DNA from: Patescibacteria group bacterium
GTDB taxonomy: Bacteria > Patescibacteriota > Minisyncoccia > Phycocordibacterales > Phycocordibacteraceae
Length of the DNA: 64,000 nucleotides
Direction of reading: 5' to 3'
NCBI GenBank assembly: GCA_019744845.1
Contig: JAIETW010000002.1
Location: 5,759-69,758, forward strand
The notes below the pieces were generated by a model that saw only the letters and a program-made list of their open reading frames with translations, had not been told where the DNA came from and ran no database searches. A program made the position numbers and the translations under genes. Within the stretch, counting starts at the first letter, position 1; every line of letters begins with the position of its first letter. Shown here piece after piece: positions 62,415-64,000 of the stretch.

Positions 62415-63568
62415 AACGTATACTCCTTATAGTAGTCGGTGCATGCATCATCCTTGCTGGGATAGTGTATTACTTTTCGCCACAATTCGTCTCACCCGCA
62501 CGCGAACCACTGTATGGTGCATATCAGGCAAGCGATTTAGTCACGCATACGAATTATGAAAATGCGCAGGCGCTTGAAATTACGAAGGACCCACTTGAAA
62601 CCATACGCATGGTCAATCAATTAGGAGTCTCCGGTTCACTTAAGAAACTGCACGAAGAGTCGCAGGAGACAGATGGGATATGCCACACTGGCGCGCATAG
62701 AGTGGGCGTTGCCGCCTTTGAACTTTTTGGAGAGCGTGCATTTTCCATGTGTGATTCCTCTTGTCATTTTGGATGTGTACACGGAGCGATGGACCGATTG
62801 GTGTCAGAGGAGGGTGCAACTCAACTTTTGTCTTCGGTACAAAAGTACTGTAGCGCGTTTGACACGCACTTCTATCAATACTCTTGTTTCCATGGTAGTG
62901 GGCATGGATTCCTCACCTCATCTAATTATGATCTTCCGGCAGCTATTGATGGATGTCGTTTATTGGATACTACCCGTGCACAGGATGCGTGCATTGAAGG
63001 AGTGTTTATGGAAAACGTGATGGCAGGGGGTGGAGAAAGTTCAGGCGCGGATCAAAACTGGCTTTCACGAGATGATTTATATTTTCCATGCACCCTCTTT
63101 AACGACGACCCACAGGTTACGCGCTGGTGTTACGACGTGCAAGCACAGTGGATTATCAAAGTGCTCAAGGATTCTTCTCAGGTGCGTGACGAGTGCCTGG
63201 ACGCACCAGGAAATGGTGCACAGGCATGTCTTGGAAATCTTGCGAAGGCAACAAGCTTCCAGCGTTGGCATGTGCCAGAACGTACCGTTACTTTTTGCAG
63301 AGAGCTTCCTATGGAATATCAGGAACATTGCTTGATTGAAGCATCACGCCTGGCTCTCCAAGCCTATGACCGAGATTTTACCGGACAAGGAACTGCATTC
63401 TGTAAAGGAATGACGGACCTGGATGCAAAAGAAATATGTGTGCGGACACAATCAGAAACAGTCGGAGAAATGTACGCGTTGGACGAAGAGCGTATAACGG
63501 TATGCAACTTATTTGAAGAGCAGTATAGAGCGCAATGTCTTACTACCGCGCGAACCATCTCTCTATGA
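62411..63568 (+). CDS. Membrane-anchored Cys/His-rich domain protein (paralog of 60855..62414 C-terminal domain)
   Basis: CHTGAHRVG, CHFGCVHGA, CFHGSGHGF, CRLL, CIEGVFMEN in the same order as the upstream paralog; ATGA start/stop overlap. Confidence 0.6.
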   Translation: MKRILLIVVGACIILAGIVYYFSPQFVSPAREPLYGAYQASDLVTHTNYENAQALEITKDPLETIRMVNQLGVSGSLKKLHEESQETDGICHTGAHRVGVAAFELFGERAFSMCDSSCHFGCVHGAMDRLVSEEGATQLLSSVQKYCSAFDTHFYQYSCFHGSGHGFLTSSNYDLPAAIDGCRLLDTTRAQDACIEGVFMENVMAGGGESSGADQNWLSRDDLYFPCTLFNDDPQVTRWCYDVQAQWIIKVLKDSSQVRDECLDAPGNGAQACLGNLAKATSFQRWHVPERTVTFCRELPMEYQEHCLIEASRLALQAYDRDFTGQGTAFCKGMTDLDAKEICVRTQSETVGEMYALDEERITVCNLFEEQYRAQCLTTARTISL

Positions 63569-64000
63569 GATACGTTGGTCCTATTCTTGGCGGATTCGTT
63601 GTGTTGATTATTCTTGGATTCATCGCTTGGTCGGGCGCTGAATCATATGACATTCGTTCGGCGGGGCAGCAGGGGATGGAATGGATGGTGAACTACGAAG
63701 GAAATTATGGGAACCCCGGCATTACATGGGCCTTGCAAGAAGTTTATGAGTCCTATTGTCCGACACCTGAGTACCACGAATTCTTTACAAGTCGGATACG
63801 ACCAGATCTCATACGTGATGAAGTGATTGCTGCGTATTACGCAAAGACGGTTCAGGAGACAGGTGCACCATTCCCGAATAGCGCAGAGAGGGGGTTTGAT
63901 TCACTTCTTCTTACCGTTTTGTATTGTGATGCAGGAACCATATCCGAATCAGTAGAAAGAGACATGCGCTCATTCTCAGAAAGTGAAGGATATGAACTTA
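63567..64000 (+). CDS. Membrane-anchored hypothetical protein (partial; continues beyond window)
   Basis: ATG at 63567 overlaps upstream stop (ATGA); open frame to window end: MRYVGPILGGFVVLIILGFIAWSGAESYDIRSAGQQGMEWMVNYEGNYGNPGITWALQEVYESYCPTPEYHEFF...; absent from ORF track because no stop in window. Confidence 0.45.

Overview
This 64 kb window looks like a Candidate Phyla Radiation (Patescibacteria/Parcubacteria-like) genome segment of about 50-55% GC, almost fully coding, with many 4-8 nt gene overlaps. Most genes are ordinary housekeeping and envelope biosynthesis, but several features deserve a second look.

**RNA genes.** A 23S rRNA at ~2901-6253 (+) is interrupted by a 324-nt ORF-less insertion at the L2585-2593 hotspot, with group-I-like boundaries. 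A 5S rRNA follows at 6313-6426. The 16S rRNA (~18450-19908, +) is unlinked, lying 12 kb downstream on the same strand and flanked by a ~45-bp processing stem. Its 3' tail lacks the CCUCC anti-Shine-Dalgarno core, and no start codon I checked has a GGAGG-like motif upstream. A tRNA-Ile(GAT) sits at 22926-23001.

**Housekeeping and envelope genes.** These include RodA/FtsW, FolD, SecD, SecF, an archaeal-type UMP kinase, MurD, MurI, MurC, RsmI, MurB, SecA, Obg and GatB. There are also two Wzx/Wzy-type glycan biosynthesis clusters, each with a run of family-4 glycosyltransferases; the first also has a polyprenyl-phosphate sugar transferase and two epimerases, the second also has an epimerase, GlmM, two tandem SAM methyltransferases, a flippase and an O-antigen-ligase-like protein with TPR.

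**Accessory and unusual content.**
- Left edge: a RelE/ParE-ParD toxin-antitoxin pair with palindromic operators.
- A Doc/Fic toxin translationally coupled to a 43-aa upstream ORF.
- A promoter / ~100-nt structured transcript / terminator unit just upstream of the 23S.
- A motif (CCCAGTATCCMCAGG) shared upstream of both rRNA promoters.
- A 700-aa protein fusing a type-I phosphoribosyltransferase-like domain to a C-terminal NADAR domain.
- An operon of a GH-like secreted protein, a VirD4/TraD-like ATPase and a lamin-tail-domain protein.
- A tiny K/A-rich basic protein.

**Most striking locus (49.6-64 kb).** Two adjacent proteins share an N-terminal excisionase-like HTH (HTH_17-like) domain followed by a transmembrane helix. 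The second is a 2583-aa giant, internally duplicated, Gly/Thr-rich fibre-like surface protein. It is preceded by a 338-bp AT-rich island that ends in a perfect palindrome at its start codon. Downstream lie a peptidoglycan-binding/LamG/Ig surface protein and three translationally coupled, membrane-anchored Cys/His-rich paralogs, the first with a cupredoxin-like domain.

I saw no CRISPR array, integrase or transposase.
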